Shown here in pieces: positions 1 to 9,531 of a DNA stretch of 64,000 nt. The stretch lies in the IMG/VR virus record IMGVR_UViG_3300035698_015309, one strand, 5' to 3'. The first letter of the stretch is position 1. Each line of letters opens with the position of its first letter. The translations under genes were made by a program, and so were the position numbers. The notes under the pieces were generated by a model. The model was not told the origin of the DNA and searched no databases. It saw only the letters and a program-made list of their open reading frames with translations. This DNA is from a virus. Taxonomy: Duplodnaviria; Heunggongvirae; Uroviricota; Caudoviricetes.

Positions 1-846
1 ATTCTGCATCCCATTGACCACGGGGACGACTTTCCCCATAACGACATCCTGACGAGGGATACCGTTGTCCTTGTGGACTGGACCCCTCCCGCTCAGGATT
101 TCATACGCCTCGCTGGGAAACTGGACTGGCACCCCGAGAGAATCATCTGGCTCGACCATCACGAGCCCAATATCCAGGAGATCGTCAAAACAGTGCAGAG
201 CAAGGGAAAGGACGCCACCGTCTTCCAGGGCAACGCTTTACACTTCGATGACGGCCTCTCCGGTTGCGAAAAGGCGTGGGTACATTTCTTCCCCGGAAAG
301 CCGATGCCCTACACCGTGCGGATGCTTGGCCGCTACGATGTTTGGGATCACGAGGATCCCGAAGTCCTCCCTTTCCAGTACGGGATGAAGGCGGAGGAAG
401 AGACTGATCCTCACAAGAACCCCTGGCTCTGGAAGGGCCTTCTGATCTATTGCGGAGAACTCGAGCCCAAGATCCTCCGTGCGGGGAACGCCATCTCGAA
501 ATACGTCCAGGCCCAGAATCACAAGTTGGCTCGGGCGTGTGCTTTGGACATCCGATGGAAGGACCAGGACTGGCTTGCCATCAATGCCCCCCTGTCCAAC
601 TCCAAGGTAGTGGACGGACTCTGGAAGGACAACCACGTAGGGGTCTTGGTCTTCGCCTTCCACGGTTCTCGGAACAAATGGAAGGTCACTCTTTTTCGCA
701 ATCCGCTCCGTGACGACATCTCCATGGCCGCTATCGCTAAGAGCATGGGAGGGGGCGGTCACGACGGGGCCGCTGGGTTCTGGTGCGACGCTCTGCCTGA
801 CTGGACAGTGGCCGAAGCAATCTCTGTGACCAGGGATGGGCGGTAA
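1..846 (+). CDS. DHH/DHHA1-family phosphoesterase (5' end outside window)
   Basis: Frame is open from base 1; motifs VVLVDW, WLDHH (DHH) and C-terminal GGGGHDGAAGF (DHHA1). Confidence 0.8.
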   Translation: MLHPIDHGDDFPHNDILTRDTVVLVDWTPPAQDFIRLAGKLDWHPERIIWLDHHEPNIQEIVKTVQSKGKDATVFQGNALHFDDGLSGCEKAWVHFFPGKPMPYTVRMLGRYDVWDHEDPEVLPFQYGMKAEEETDPHKNPWLWKGLLIYCGELEPKILRAGNAISKYVQAQNHKLARACALDIRWKDQDWLAINAPLSNSKVVDGLWKDNHVGVLVFAFHGSRNKWKVTLFRNPLRDDISMAAIAKSMGGGGHDGAAGFWCDALPDWTVAEAISVTRDGR

Positions 847-849
847 CTC

Positions 850-1203
850 ATGAGCATTGCGCTAGACGGATTGAAACTGCGAGTAAGGGTTCAATGCGAT
901 CTTTGCGGGAAACTGGTGACAAATAAGGATGTCCAACTAAGCAGGACAACGGTACAACAAAAAACGGAGGAGGAGTGGGCCGAACTCCTCAAACATCGTT
1001 GCATACACTGTGGAAGGCACTACTGTGCGGCTTGTGAGGGAGCTTCCCTCCCGGACTACCCCCATCTAGGTCTCTGCCAGAAATGCAAAGAGGACGGGTT
1101 GTTTTGGCGTTTCAGCAGACAAAACTACAGACCCCGCTGTATGTTGGGCCTGTACAAAAGGGGCGACCCCATGTTCCTGATGAAACTTAAGGTAGAGGAC
1201 TAA
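850..1203 (+). CDS. Cys-rich (zinc-binding) hypothetical protein
   Basis: CDLC, CIHC, CAAC and CQKC motifs; starts 4 nt after the upstream stop. Confidence 0.55.
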   Translation: MSIALDGLKLRVRVQCDLCGKLVTNKDVQLSRTTVQQKTEEEWAELLKHRCIHCGRHYCAACEGASLPDYPHLGLCQKCKEDGLFWRFSRQNYRPRCMLGLYKRGDPMFLMKLKVED

Positions 1204-1224
1204 TAGGGGGGTAAAATCAGGACC

Positions 1225-1773
1225 ATGATCTACCCCCTTGATGAGTACAGCAAGGACGTCACTGTCAAGGCGCTAGGTCATCAGGGTACGCTTGGAGTAG
1301 AGCTTGTAACGAGAGGAGCTGACATGAGAGTACACACGGAAGACGGTTGGTTCCATATGTCGGCGGATGGGACCTATCCCAAAATGTCCGGCAAATGGCT
1401 CTTCTTCGGTCCGAGCATGGGTCGACTAGTGGAGGTGGCCGAAAAGGAGCTGTCAGAAGGCCTCTTCCATCTGGCAAAGGTAAGTACCACGACCAGACGG
1501 GGCGACTATGTCCTGTATCTCTACGCTGAAACGGAAGACCGAGCACAGGGCGCTCGGCTGAAAGAGATCTATGACGGACCGCAAGGGATCAAATTTAGAT
1601 GGTGGAAATCGGAAGAGGCCACAAGGAAACAGCAGACCCCTATACCGTCAACAGGAGGCAACGTGATGCGGTCCATCTGGGCCGATCGTTACATCCCCGA
1701 CTGGGTAATCGACAGGCACCCCGACGAGGGCCTCCTGACATACGATGACATCTACGGGGACGGTGATTTCTGA
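1225..1773 (+). CDS. DUF1917/Bles03 (eIF4E-like fold) family-like protein
   Basis: SGKWLFF...AKVS...VLYLY...WWKSEEAT matches my recollection of the order of the DUF1917 GKWLLF/AKVS/ICVYT/YKxDxxT motifs. Confidence 0.5.
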   Translation: MIYPLDEYSKDVTVKALGHQGTLGVELVTRGADMRVHTEDGWFHMSADGTYPKMSGKWLFFGPSMGRLVEVAEKELSEGLFHLAKVSTTTRRGDYVLYLYAETEDRAQGARLKEIYDGPQGIKFRWWKSEEATRKQQTPIPSTGGNVMRSIWADRYIPDWVIDRHPDEGLLTYDDIYGDGDF

Positions 1774-1864
1774 TGGCCTTTCCCATTGATGAGTACAGCA
1801 AAGACGTCACCATCAAGGCCCTGGCTACACCAGGGGACATTCTCACGGTCTGTTTACCTAATGG

Positions 1865-2977
1865 TTACCCAGAACCGGCATAAACCGGCAGAGGATTTGG
1901 TAGTAAACGGAGACCATAGACTCCCGCCAACCCAAGAAGCTCCAAGTTCTTGGCAGCATTGAGGTCGGCATGTTCGGAATGCCCACAATGCACACACTTG
2001 AACTTGTCCCCTCTCCGATTTCGCCTGTCCCATCTACGGCATACTCGACAGAACTGCGAGGTTTTCCAGGGGTTCTTCCGTTCCAGCCGGACCCCCTCTT
2101 CCTCACATTTCCGTTCAATGAGATCCGCCGTATAGGCATAAAGCCAATGAGACAACCGCCTATTAAACCGACGAGGAAACTTTCCCCGTGTACCACGTTT
2201 CACATGTTTCAGGTCCTCGATGCACAGCTCTTGGACACCACTCAAATCAAGAGACTTGAGGGCGTGACCGACCACCGATTTGATATAGGTTCTTGTGTGC
2301 TTCCTGCGACGTCCAAATTGTTGGATAAGGGCATATGGTTCATCTGCGATCTGTTGGCCATCAGAGAAGACAAGACCAGCCTTGTAGTTGGAATCCATCC
2401 CGAGGATTTTTCCGATCTTCCGCTTGGGGGCTTTGGGCTTCTCCAGCAAGAGGTCTATGTAGAGATCGTCGTTTCTACGACCGAGCCGAATAGACTTGCT
2501 GATCTTCCAGCCGTTACTGAGCATCTTGTTGATGTGTGCGGTGCTCTTTGTAGGAATGACCACTCGGGGGGCTCCAGAGCCGATCAGTTTGATAGCGTAA
2601 TCGAATGCCCCATCGAACTCCGAAACGGTTACGAAATGCGAGCACAGTGTGGCTGTGTGTCTACGAAGACTAGGTTTCCTGTGCTTGTTGGCGTGGGCAG
2701 ATCGGACCGTTTCCTTCGCTTGTTTGGCAAGGGCTTGAGCAAGTCGGGTCGTGATTTTGAACCTGTCTCGTCCTCGATGTACTGTAGGGAGGTCTGCGAG
2801 AGTAGCCGAGAAGTCCTTTCGTTGCCAAAAGAGATCTACAAAGTACTGCGTGGTGTCGTGGCACAATCGCAGAAAATCTACAAGTTCGTCCCGCTTTCCT
2901 GTGTTCAGATCGTTGATGAAGATGCGACTGGAGCGTCGCATAGTAGGGACAGAGAAGGTCTTGTGCGCCTTACGCAT
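1865..2977 (-). CDS. tnpB: TnpB RNA-guided nuclease (370 aa)
   Basis: RuvC-I LGMDSN, RuvC-II IEDLKHV, Zn finger CRVC/CVHC, RuvC-III HADLNAAKNL. Confidence 0.92.
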   Translation of the reverse strand: MRKAHKTFSVPTMRRSSRIFINDLNTGKRDELVDFLRLCHDTTQYFVDLFWQRKDFSATLADLPTVHRGRDRFKITTRLAQALAKQAKETVRSAHANKHRKPSLRRHTATLCSHFVTVSEFDGAFDYAIKLIGSGAPRVVIPTKSTAHINKMLSNGWKISKSIRLGRRNDDLYIDLLLEKPKAPKRKIGKILGMDSNYKAGLVFSDGQQIADEPYALIQQFGRRRKHTRTYIKSVVGHALKSLDLSGVQELCIEDLKHVKRGTRGKFPRRFNRRLSHWLYAYTADLIERKCEEEGVRLERKNPWKTSQFCRVCRRWDRRNRRGDKFKCVHCGHSEHADLNAAKNLELLGLAGVYGLRLLPNPLPVYAGSG

Positions 2978-3586
2978 CTACTTTTTCTTCTCCAGCGCTT
3001 GGATTGCTGCTTCTGTCTTCTTCCTGCCTCGTCGCTGCCCGTAAAGACGAGCACAGAAGGACGTTATGATGGCCACGAGGTCTTCCATAAGATCGGAGGT
3101 CTTGTCTTCAGCGACGTTGACGACTTCGATCCGAAACGGCGCAAGGGCTACGAACCAGCGGAAACCGAATCGAGTGAGCCTGTCTTTGTGCTCTACAAGA
3201 AGCACATCGAAATCCTTAGCAGCCAGAAGCCGGTGGAGTTTTCGTCGCTCGTCGTTAATGCCAGAGCCGATTTCTGTGACCACCTGAACAATTTGCCAGC
3301 CTTTTGCTGTAGCATACCGACGGAGCCCATCAACTTGCGAAGCCAGTGCTGCCTTGTTCTCAGATGAAGATTCCCTTGCGTAGATAGCGCACCGACACTC
3401 TGTCGTCTTCGGGGTCACTCCTGCCTGTTCTTCGACCCACCATGTGGGGATAAACCAGCGTCCAGTGTCGGACCGGATAGCAGGTATTTCTCCCTTGGCG
3501 GCTCTTCTACGAAGAGCTACTCCTTGAAGACCAAGGAGTTTGGCTGCCACCGACGCACGAACTCGAAGTGGTTTTTCATCCCTCAT
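2978..3586 (-). CDS. tnpA: IS607 serine transposase
   Basis: N-terminal MerR-like HTH, AIYARESS catalytic motif, EHKDRLTRFG, C-terminal DLVAIITSFCARLYG. Confidence 0.92.
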   Translation of the reverse strand: MRDEKPLRVRASVAAKLLGLQGVALRRRAAKGEIPAIRSDTGRWFIPTWWVEEQAGVTPKTTECRCAIYARESSSENKAALASQVDGLRRYATAKGWQIVQVVTEIGSGINDERRKLHRLLAAKDFDVLLVEHKDRLTRFGFRWFVALAPFRIEVVNVAEDKTSDLMEDLVAIITSFCARLYGQRRGRKKTEAAIQALEKKK

Positions 3587-3919
3587 ACGGACAACATAGG
3601 CCCGATTGTGCCAAAAGTCAAGGAACTTTTATAATGCTTTCGTCCTGCGCCCGTGCTCGCACTGTCAGGGACAACACACCGAGACCGTCCGGGGCGTCGA
3701 GTTCCGGTGCGTCCATTGCCAGTTTGGGAAGGAAGAAAGCAACCTGAGCAACCAGCCCATTCAGGTCATCGTCCAGGAGGTCAGAATGAAGGCTGGGGGA
3801 CGAACCACCTACCTCATCGGACTGGCCGAGGGAGGCCGTTTGGCTAACGAGGGGATCATCTGTGATGGCTTCCTGAGCGAAGCCCTGGAGAAGGCCAAAA
3901 ACTACCAAGAGGGGACTGG

Positions 3920-4234
3920 ATGACTGAATCAACTTCGATGTGGACCCTGCACCCAAAGTGCCCGTTCTGTGACGCCCCGCTAAGAAGCCTCCTGAGAAGC
4001 TTCCTGACATTTTTCCATCGGGAGCTACGAGTGTGGCTCCCGATGGAACGACTCACACCTTGTCCGGTCCTACGCTTGCACCGAGATTTCACTCTTCCAG
4101 GGTGCCTTCCACCTCGCCGTGGCCGAAGCAGGAACCTCAGCCCAAGACTACCTAGAAGCGACCCGTCACCTGGACGAGTTCATGGAGGACGTGGTCTACA
4201 CCCCGAACATGAGGCAACTAGACTGCCGTATTGA
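3920..4234 (+). CDS. hypothetical protein
   Basis: ORF coupled by ATGA to upstream stop; CPFC motif. Confidence 0.4.
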   Translation: MTESTSMWTLHPKCPFCDAPLRSLLRSFLTFFHRELRVWLPMERLTPCPVLRLHRDFTLPGCLPPRRGRSRNLSPRLPRSDPSPGRVHGGRGLHPEHEATRLPY

Positions 4235-4425
4235 TTGCAGACCCGTGCCGGGGGAAGCCCGGCGGGAAGGAGCGACACCGATGGGCTGGCACTAGGAAAA
4301 GCATGCACCTCGAACAACAAACCACAGAACTGGAGAGATCATTCAGGGCACCAGCCGAGTAGAGGGAGTAACGGATGCTCCATGCTGCTGTGGGGCCAGG
4401 AACGGAAACGTGAGCGAGACACGGC

Positions 4426-4650
4426 ATGAAACTTTGGGTCAAACAACGGGTCCGGCTCAGGAAAGGCGTAGACGGCCCTCCTTGCCGTGTAGGAACCGTC
4501 ATCTCCGTGGAGCGAGGCGGTGCCCTGGTCAAACACGATCAAGCCACTGACATGGGCGACATTTTTGGGCTTTGGGAAAACTTCGGATGGATGGCCTCGG
4601 AACTTGAACCCCTATTACAGGAGGTGCCCCGTGGGCCGACCCAAACGTGA
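4426..4650 (+). CDS. hypothetical protein
   Basis: ATGA-coupled small ORF. Confidence 0.5.
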   Translation: MKLWVKQRVRLRKGVDGPPCRVGTVISVERGGALVKHDQATDMGDIFGLWENFGWMASELEPLLQEVPRGPTQT

Positions 4651-4870
4651 GAGGTACAGTCGGGAGCGGGAGATCCAGCGTCTCCTGGACGCTGCGGAGG
4701 ATGAGTTCGGGGATCTGCTCGGCCCTGCGATGGCCAACAGGGTGCTCTGGGCCAAGTATCGCAAGCGCATGCGGGCACGCCTGATCAAGTTCGGTCAGGG
4801 CGAGCGGAACAAGCTGGCCACACAATATGACAACGTCTGCAAAGCCTGGAATCATCCGGGGAGGTTCTAG
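4631..4870 (+). CDS. hypothetical protein
   Basis: AGGAGG RBS before GTG 4631, within ORF 4520..4870. Confidence 0.5.
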   Translation: MGRPKRERYSREREIQRLLDAAEDEFGDLLGPAMANRVLWAKYRKRMRARLIKFGQGERNKLATQYDNVCKAWNHPGRF

Positions 4871-5265
4871 TGAAAGCGTACAAGGTCGTCCAACGCCACG
4901 GGGACAAACGAGTGAGCCTCTTCATGGGTGTCCCTGGGTGGCAGACCTTTTACCCAGTGAAGAAATGGGCCGAGGCTCGCTCGGGGGGTCTCTTCGTATT
5001 CGACACCTACACCAACGCTGCTGTCTTCGCTCAGGCCAACGACTTTCGGATGCCCGAGATCTGGGAGTGTGAGGTAGAGGACCGATGCCTCACTGTCATG
5101 AGCATCCCCTACATGTCAATTTTATGTACAGCAGCGGACTTTGAGTGCTTCTGGGGGGGCACATACGGCCACGCCCTGATGCCCGTCCCCAAGGGTACGC
5201 TGCTGTTTCAACGGGTCAAGCTCACCCAAAAGATGCCCAACCCGGCCCAAAAGGAAGCAGCATGA
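4870..5265 (+). CDS. hypothetical protein, AYKVV paralog family
   Basis: Shares AYKVV...GGLFVF...EIWxC...GTLLF..V.L with 5262..5657 and 9532..10140. Confidence 0.7.
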   Translation: MKAYKVVQRHGDKRVSLFMGVPGWQTFYPVKKWAEARSGGLFVFDTYTNAAVFAQANDFRMPEIWECEVEDRCLTVMSIPYMSILCTAADFECFWGGTYGHALMPVPKGTLLFQRVKLTQKMPNPAQKEAA

Positions 5266-5657
5266 TTGCTTACAAGGTCGTCCGGGTCACAGGTCACCTC
5301 TGGTGGAGGAAACGCCTTTCGGTCGTTATTAACAACCCTGACTGGCAGATGGAGTACAAACCTGACGAATGGGCCAAAGCGAAAACGGGCGGCTTGTTCG
5401 TGTTCAAAAGTTTGCCAGCAGCACGGATTTTTTCCAAGAACTCACATGGGTGTAAACAGAGCATCGAAATCTGGCGGTGCAAGGTTGCCAAACCAAGGTT
5501 CGTGCCTCCTCAGATCATGCCCCTTACGAAAAGATCAATCCTGTTACAGGAGTTCTGGCTCACCCCGGATCACCCGAAGTGGCCCTGGCTCTTGAACACA
5601 CCCTGCGGAACGGCACTGTACGACCGGGTGATGCTTCTGAGAAGGATGCGAAGATGA
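5262..5657 (+). CDS. hypothetical protein, AYKVV paralog family
   Basis: Tandem paralog of 4870..5265; ATGA overlap. Confidence 0.7.
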   Translation: MIAYKVVRVTGHLWWRKRLSVVINNPDWQMEYKPDEWAKAKTGGLFVFKSLPAARIFSKNSHGCKQSIEIWRCKVAKPRFVPPQIMPLTKRSILLQEFWLTPDHPKWPWLLNTPCGTALYDRVMLLRRMRR

Positions 5658-6136
5658 TCAACTACACGCACGTCTTCGTTGTGGACACGGAACAGTACTC
5701 GGGCAACTTCGAGCGATCCCTTGTTGCCTGGATGACAGGTCGGATCGGGGACTGCAGCGTGGGTGACGAAGAAGCGACAATGGCCATAGAGGATATGTCC
5801 TCTGAGTTGTACGATTGGTTTGCAAACCACGTGGTCAGCGTGCCTGACGACCACGGTTGTGCCCGTCCCGCAGCGACCTACCCGACCCCCGGCTGGTTCA
5901 ACAGCGGACATGGGACACACTGGAAGGAGGACGCTGACCCCGAGGAGGTCCGTGTAGCCCACGAGAAGTCCGTCCGAAAGACCTACGAGGGCTACATGGG
6001 CATCCGGGCGTGGACCATCTTGCCACCGATGTTAGCCCTAGCTGTAGATTTCATCTACGTGGCGCTGCTCGTCCACTATTATTCGGTACGAATAGAACTC
6101 GCCGCTCTTCGGCGGACACACAAACCTGGAGGATGA
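5654..6136 (+). CDS. hypothetical protein
   Basis: ATGA-coupled ORF (MINYTHVFVVD...). Confidence 0.55.
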   Translation: MINYTHVFVVDTEQYSGNFERSLVAWMTGRIGDCSVGDEEATMAIEDMSSELYDWFANHVVSVPDDHGCARPAATYPTPGWFNSGHGTHWKEDADPEEVRVAHEKSVRKTYEGYMGIRAWTILPPMLALAVDFIYVALLVHYYSVRIELAALRRTHKPGG

Positions 6137-6450
6137 CAATGAAAAGTCACGAAACGATCATCGTCGAACAAACGGTCTCGGACGGGGACTCGGGCTGGAT
6201 TCACGGGATGATGACTACCGTCATCCGTTTCATTGTGCCCGAGTTGGACAACCTCGCAATCACCGTTCACAAGGACAGGCTGTACATACTCACCGGCTTC
6301 GACCTGAAGGAGGCACCCGACACCAAGGTCGTGGGGCACTGCCAGCTTCCCGCCGAGACGGTCAACAAAGCCCTGGCCTATGCTGATGCCAAAAAGGAAA
6401 TCATCAAAATCCTACAGCCCCTTGTGGATGAGCACATCACCGTTCCTTAA
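6133..6450 (+). CDS. hypothetical protein, 3' end interrupted by IS607-type element
   Basis: Stop lies inside the element right end; removing the element gives ...HITLQGRRGERLHARVNV*. Confidence 0.55.
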   Translation: MTMKSHETIIVEQTVSDGDSGWIHGMMTTVIRFIVPELDNLAITVHKDRLYILTGFDLKEAPDTKVVGHCQLPAETVNKALAYADAKKEIIKILQPLVDEHITVP

Positions 6451-7878
6451 AACCTGCTGGAATGTAACAGGCATCAAGTTTGAAGCTGTGCCGCTGCCAG
6501 ACGAATCTGATCCAACGGTAGTAAACCTCCGGCCCAACGGTAAGGGCTCGATTGACGACCGCTCTAATCGCCCGAATCCCAAGGAACTGGTCCGCTTAAC
6601 ACGGAATGGCTCTCTCAGCACTCGTTTTACGCCTCTCGGATGATCGTTAGTACCGATGTGTTCGTCTCCAGAACGTCTGAGCACACCAGAACTTCCCACC
6701 CAATCAGCATGAGCTTTCCTGCCGCACGAGCGGCAATGGAACCTTGTTGAATTTCGGTTTCCTCGATGAACATAACCACAAGAAGGACACTCCTGCGAAG
6801 TATAAGCTGGGTTCACCTTCTCAACCGGAGTCTTCCTTTCCAAGTTGACTTGTAACGCCCTGTAAGCAAACCTCTTTTGACCCCGACAACCTCGAAGATC
6901 AAGATCCTCAACCACGAACACTGTCTTAGGATGACGAACGATAAGGGTGTTTACTACACGACCCGTTTCTGTTTTGATCAACCCACTCAGTTTGCTCTCA
7001 AGGTGGTCCAACTTTGGACTGTTGTCCTTTAAGTCCTGTCGTTGGCGATTTGCTCTGAGATTCCTGACACGAGCGTAGAGTTTATCGAACTTGAGTTTGA
7101 CGTGTTCACCATAGGTCACGCCATCTGATGTAGCTGCGAGCACATTCAAACCAACGTCCACACCCAACTTAGGCCAACCTTCCTGTGCTTCAGGAACAAT
7201 CCATTCGTCCTTGCTGACCGCCTCAAAACGCCAAAAGCCTCGCTTGGTCTTGCGGGCTGAAACACCTTTGCTAACTTGGTCAGCCTGCTGGATGTAAGGA
7301 TTCCCAACGAGAGGTAACCAGACGGACTTGCGAGGTTCTAACGAAGACACCCTCAGCCAGAAATCCCCGAGAGGAGCTTTAGTTGTGTCTTCCAATCGAG
7401 CCGTCATTTCTGACAACATCATGGGCAGGTTGTCCCTTACGATAGGCTTATTGCCTCCGTATGTGTCCAGCAGAACGTGGTAGGCGTCGAGGTGGTCTTG
7501 GGTAATGAATTTCCATGGCTTACTGATGGATTTTAATCCAATGGTGTAGAGTGCTTTGGCGTCTTGTTCGGTAAGGGTACCATCGTGTTTGAGATTGGTG
7601 ATAGTCGGCTTCAATTTGCGAGCGTAAGTGGCCTTGGCCCAAGCGCTCACGATCTGGATGGCGTGGTCTCGTGCGATCTTTTCGATTTGGGATGTAAGGT
7701 TGGTAGCTCGTGGAAAGAACGTCTGTTTGGCGGACTTCGGGAGATTGTGGGTTCGCTGGTCGAGCATTGTTTGTACGCAGATACGGACATACTTGACGTA
7801 GACTTTGTGCAGGGCTTCCAACTTATCGATTTTGGACGGGTTGGTGTCCTTGTGAAGTCGAAAGATGCGACACTTCAT
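6412..7878 (-). CDS. tnpB: TnpB nuclease (close paralog of 35849..37264)
   Basis: LGVDVG, VVEDLDL, CPSCG/CRSCG, HADWVG; ORF reads through the right end. Confidence 0.92.
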   Translation of the reverse strand: MKCRIFRLHKDTNPSKIDKLEALHKVYVKYVRICVQTMLDQRTHNLPKSAKQTFFPRATNLTSQIEKIARDHAIQIVSAWAKATYARKLKPTITNLKHDGTLTEQDAKALYTIGLKSISKPWKFITQDHLDAYHVLLDTYGGNKPIVRDNLPMMLSEMTARLEDTTKAPLGDFWLRVSSLEPRKSVWLPLVGNPYIQQADQVSKGVSARKTKRGFWRFEAVSKDEWIVPEAQEGWPKLGVDVGLNVLAATSDGVTYGEHVKLKFDKLYARVRNLRANRQRQDLKDNSPKLDHLESKLSGLIKTETGRVVNTLIVRHPKTVFVVEDLDLRGCRGQKRFAYRALQVNLERKTPVEKVNPAYTSQECPSCGYVHRGNRNSTRFHCRSCGRKAHADWVGSSGVLRRSGDEHIGTNDHPRGVKRVLREPFRVKRTSSLGFGRLERSSIEPLPLGRRFTTVGSDSSGSGTASNLMPVTFQQVLRNGDVLIHKGL

Positions 7879-7953
7879 TTACTAACCTCTGATTCCTGTT
7901 TCAAACAGGAATAGTTAGATTTTAGCAACTAAATCGGGTGCTGTCAAGTACCC
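6440..7953 (-). mobile_element. non-autonomous IS607-type element carrying tnpB only
   Basis: Left end GGGTACTTGACA and right end GGAACGG are shared with elements at 19289, 35825 and 42991; TTGACA-N17-TAAAAT promoter (7947-7919). Confidence 0.85.
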
Positions 7954-8114
7954 TTACAAGGAAGACGTGGAGAACGACTCCACGCCCGTGTGAATGTGTA
8001 AAGACTGTCGGGACATGGTAGCATAGGAGGTCTGATGTCAGAAGTCAATACACAGCCCAGCCCTTGACTTTAGAACGATCTTCCTGCACAATCCTTATGT
8101 AGGAGGAGGGCATC

Positions 8115-8351
8115 ATGTCACGCTCACGGAAGAAGACCCCGAAACAGACTATCGTTTGTTGTAATTCAGAGAAACTCTGGAAGCGGTATATGAACCGTCG
8201 TGTCCGTAGAGGGGCCACACAGCGCCTTCTCACTGACGGGGACGGGGACAACATCCCGGACCTGAAAACGCTATACGACCCCTGGTCTGGCCCGAAGGAC
8301 GGCAAACGTCGCTTCGACCCCGACGAGCACCCTGAAGACATGCGGAAATAG
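8115..8351 (+). CDS. small basic hypothetical protein
   Basis: AGGAGG RBS; MSRSRKKTP...NRRVRR. Confidence 0.65.
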   Translation: MSRSRKKTPKQTIVCCNSEKLWKRYMNRRVRRGATQRLLTDGDGDNIPDLKTLYDPWSGPKDGKRRFDPDEHPEDMRK

Positions 8352-8380
8352 CTCCTTTGTGCCTGTAAGTCCCAACAGGG

Positions 8381-8406
8381 GATCATCTGTGACACCACCA
8401 GAGTAG
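8381..8406 (+). promoter_or_regulatory. class-A phage promoter
   Basis: GATCATCT-N12-GAGTAG upstream of 8426. Confidence 0.75.
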
Positions 8407-8425
8407 CTGAGGGTAGGAGGTCACA

Positions 8426-8776
8426 ATGGGAGACATGCACGACCACGATGAGAGATTTCGGAACGGTGAACACCTCCGAGATGACGACTTAGAGGGCTAT
8501 GCCCCTCGGAGGCCCAGCGGAACACGCCGACCCAAACACAAAGGCTGGGCCACTTGGCAGTGGGTCCTGTTCTCCGTGCTGGCTTTGGCCTGGGTCCTCT
8601 TCGCTTTTGGGCAATGGGTGGAACAATTCGGGGTCACATGGGCCTTCTTCGTAGACTATCTGGTGGTGTCCTTCAACTGGGCCTGGAAGACGTCCCTGCT
8701 GACGGTCGCTCTGGTGATCGGGTGGGCTGTCCTACGGGTGGTCATCACGGCGCTCGGGAAGCTCATCTACAGGTAG
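8426..8776 (+). CDS. membrane protein
   Basis: Two long hydrophobic segments; AGGAGG RBS. Confidence 0.7.
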   Translation: MGDMHDHDERFRNGEHLRDDDLEGYAPRRPSGTRRPKHKGWATWQWVLFSVLALAWVLFAFGQWVEQFGVTWAFFVDYLVVSFNWAWKTSLLTVALVIGWAVLRVVITALGKLIYR

Positions 8777-8789
8777 GAACGTTTACGGA

Positions 8790-9478
8790 CCGTTCTCCTA
8801 AACTGACCCAATCGAGGACACAGGCCCCCCATCAGGGTTAGGTTCCTGCTTCATTGAGGATAGTTTCACTTGGTTCAGATGAACCAAGCCAGCGCTTTCC
8901 TCTCCACAGGCTGTAACCGTCGAACTGACGGCCAAATTTCTTAAATTACAAGCTGCGTTCTCATCACGATCCTGTATGTGTCCACAGGAATCACAATGGA
9001 AAACACGATCCCTCAAGGTTAATTTGTGCTTAACCTCACCACAAACCGAACACATCTTGGACGAGGGGAACCATCGATCTGCCTCTACGATTGTCCCACC
9101 GTGCCAAGCTACCTTGTACTTCAGACAACGAAGGAAGTTTCCCATCGTTGCGTCAGATAAACTTCGAGCCAGACAATGGTTTTTCATCATCCCTGACACA
9201 TTCAAGGACTCGATCCCAACAATCACACACCGTTTGGCTATCGCAGTGGTGGCCTTATGAAGCGCATCCTTACGAACGCAGGAAATTCGATAATGTTGGC
9301 GGGCGAGACGATGCTTTGCTTTCCCCCGATTCCTCGATCCCTTCTTCTTTCTGCATACGTGAATGACCCAACCCAGGCCTTCCTGCCTGGTAGCTCCCTG
9401 AGAGCTGGTCGACAATTCACCATCAGAAAAAACATTGCAACACTGGCCACCCTGATCGGTGTAAAACTGAAATATCAA
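8790..9478 (-). pseudogene. tnpB: 5'-truncated tnpB with intact right end (second IS family)
   Basis: RKKKGSRNR, GIESLNV, DRWFPSSKMCSVCG, DRDENAACNL; N-terminal half and RuvC-I are missing or degenerate; right end ...GGAGAACGG at 8790. Confidence 0.85.
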
Positions 9479-9531
9479 CAGGCACAGAAATTCGAGGCCA
9501 AGGACAACATTACCATGTGCGAAATCACGGA

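Larger units (their letters stand above)
1830..3652 (-). mobile_element. IS607-family element (tnpA + tnpB)
   Basis: Serine-recombinase tnpA abuts tnpB; GG cores at both ends; TTGACT-N17-TATGTT promoter (3621-3593) ends 7 nt before the tnpA ATG (apparently leaderless). Confidence 0.85.
1773..3923 (+). pseudogene. Zn-ribbon protein gene split by IS607 insertion
   Basis: Joining CC 1830-1831 to CC 3651-3652 gives one in-frame ORF, MAFPIDEYSKDVTIKALATPCSHCQGQH...CVHC. The N-terminus is paralogous to that of 1225..1773 (MIYPLDEYSKDVTVKAL). Confidence 0.7.

Noticed and set aside
1970-3367. Long antisense ORFs (also 10716-11714, 12396-13391, 13745-15040)
   Set aside because: Mirror frames of well-supported genes, with no motifs or RBS
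1830-7953. IStron (self-splicing intron-IS607 chimera)
   Set aside because: Elements are antisense to the interrupted genes and have no room for a group I intron core
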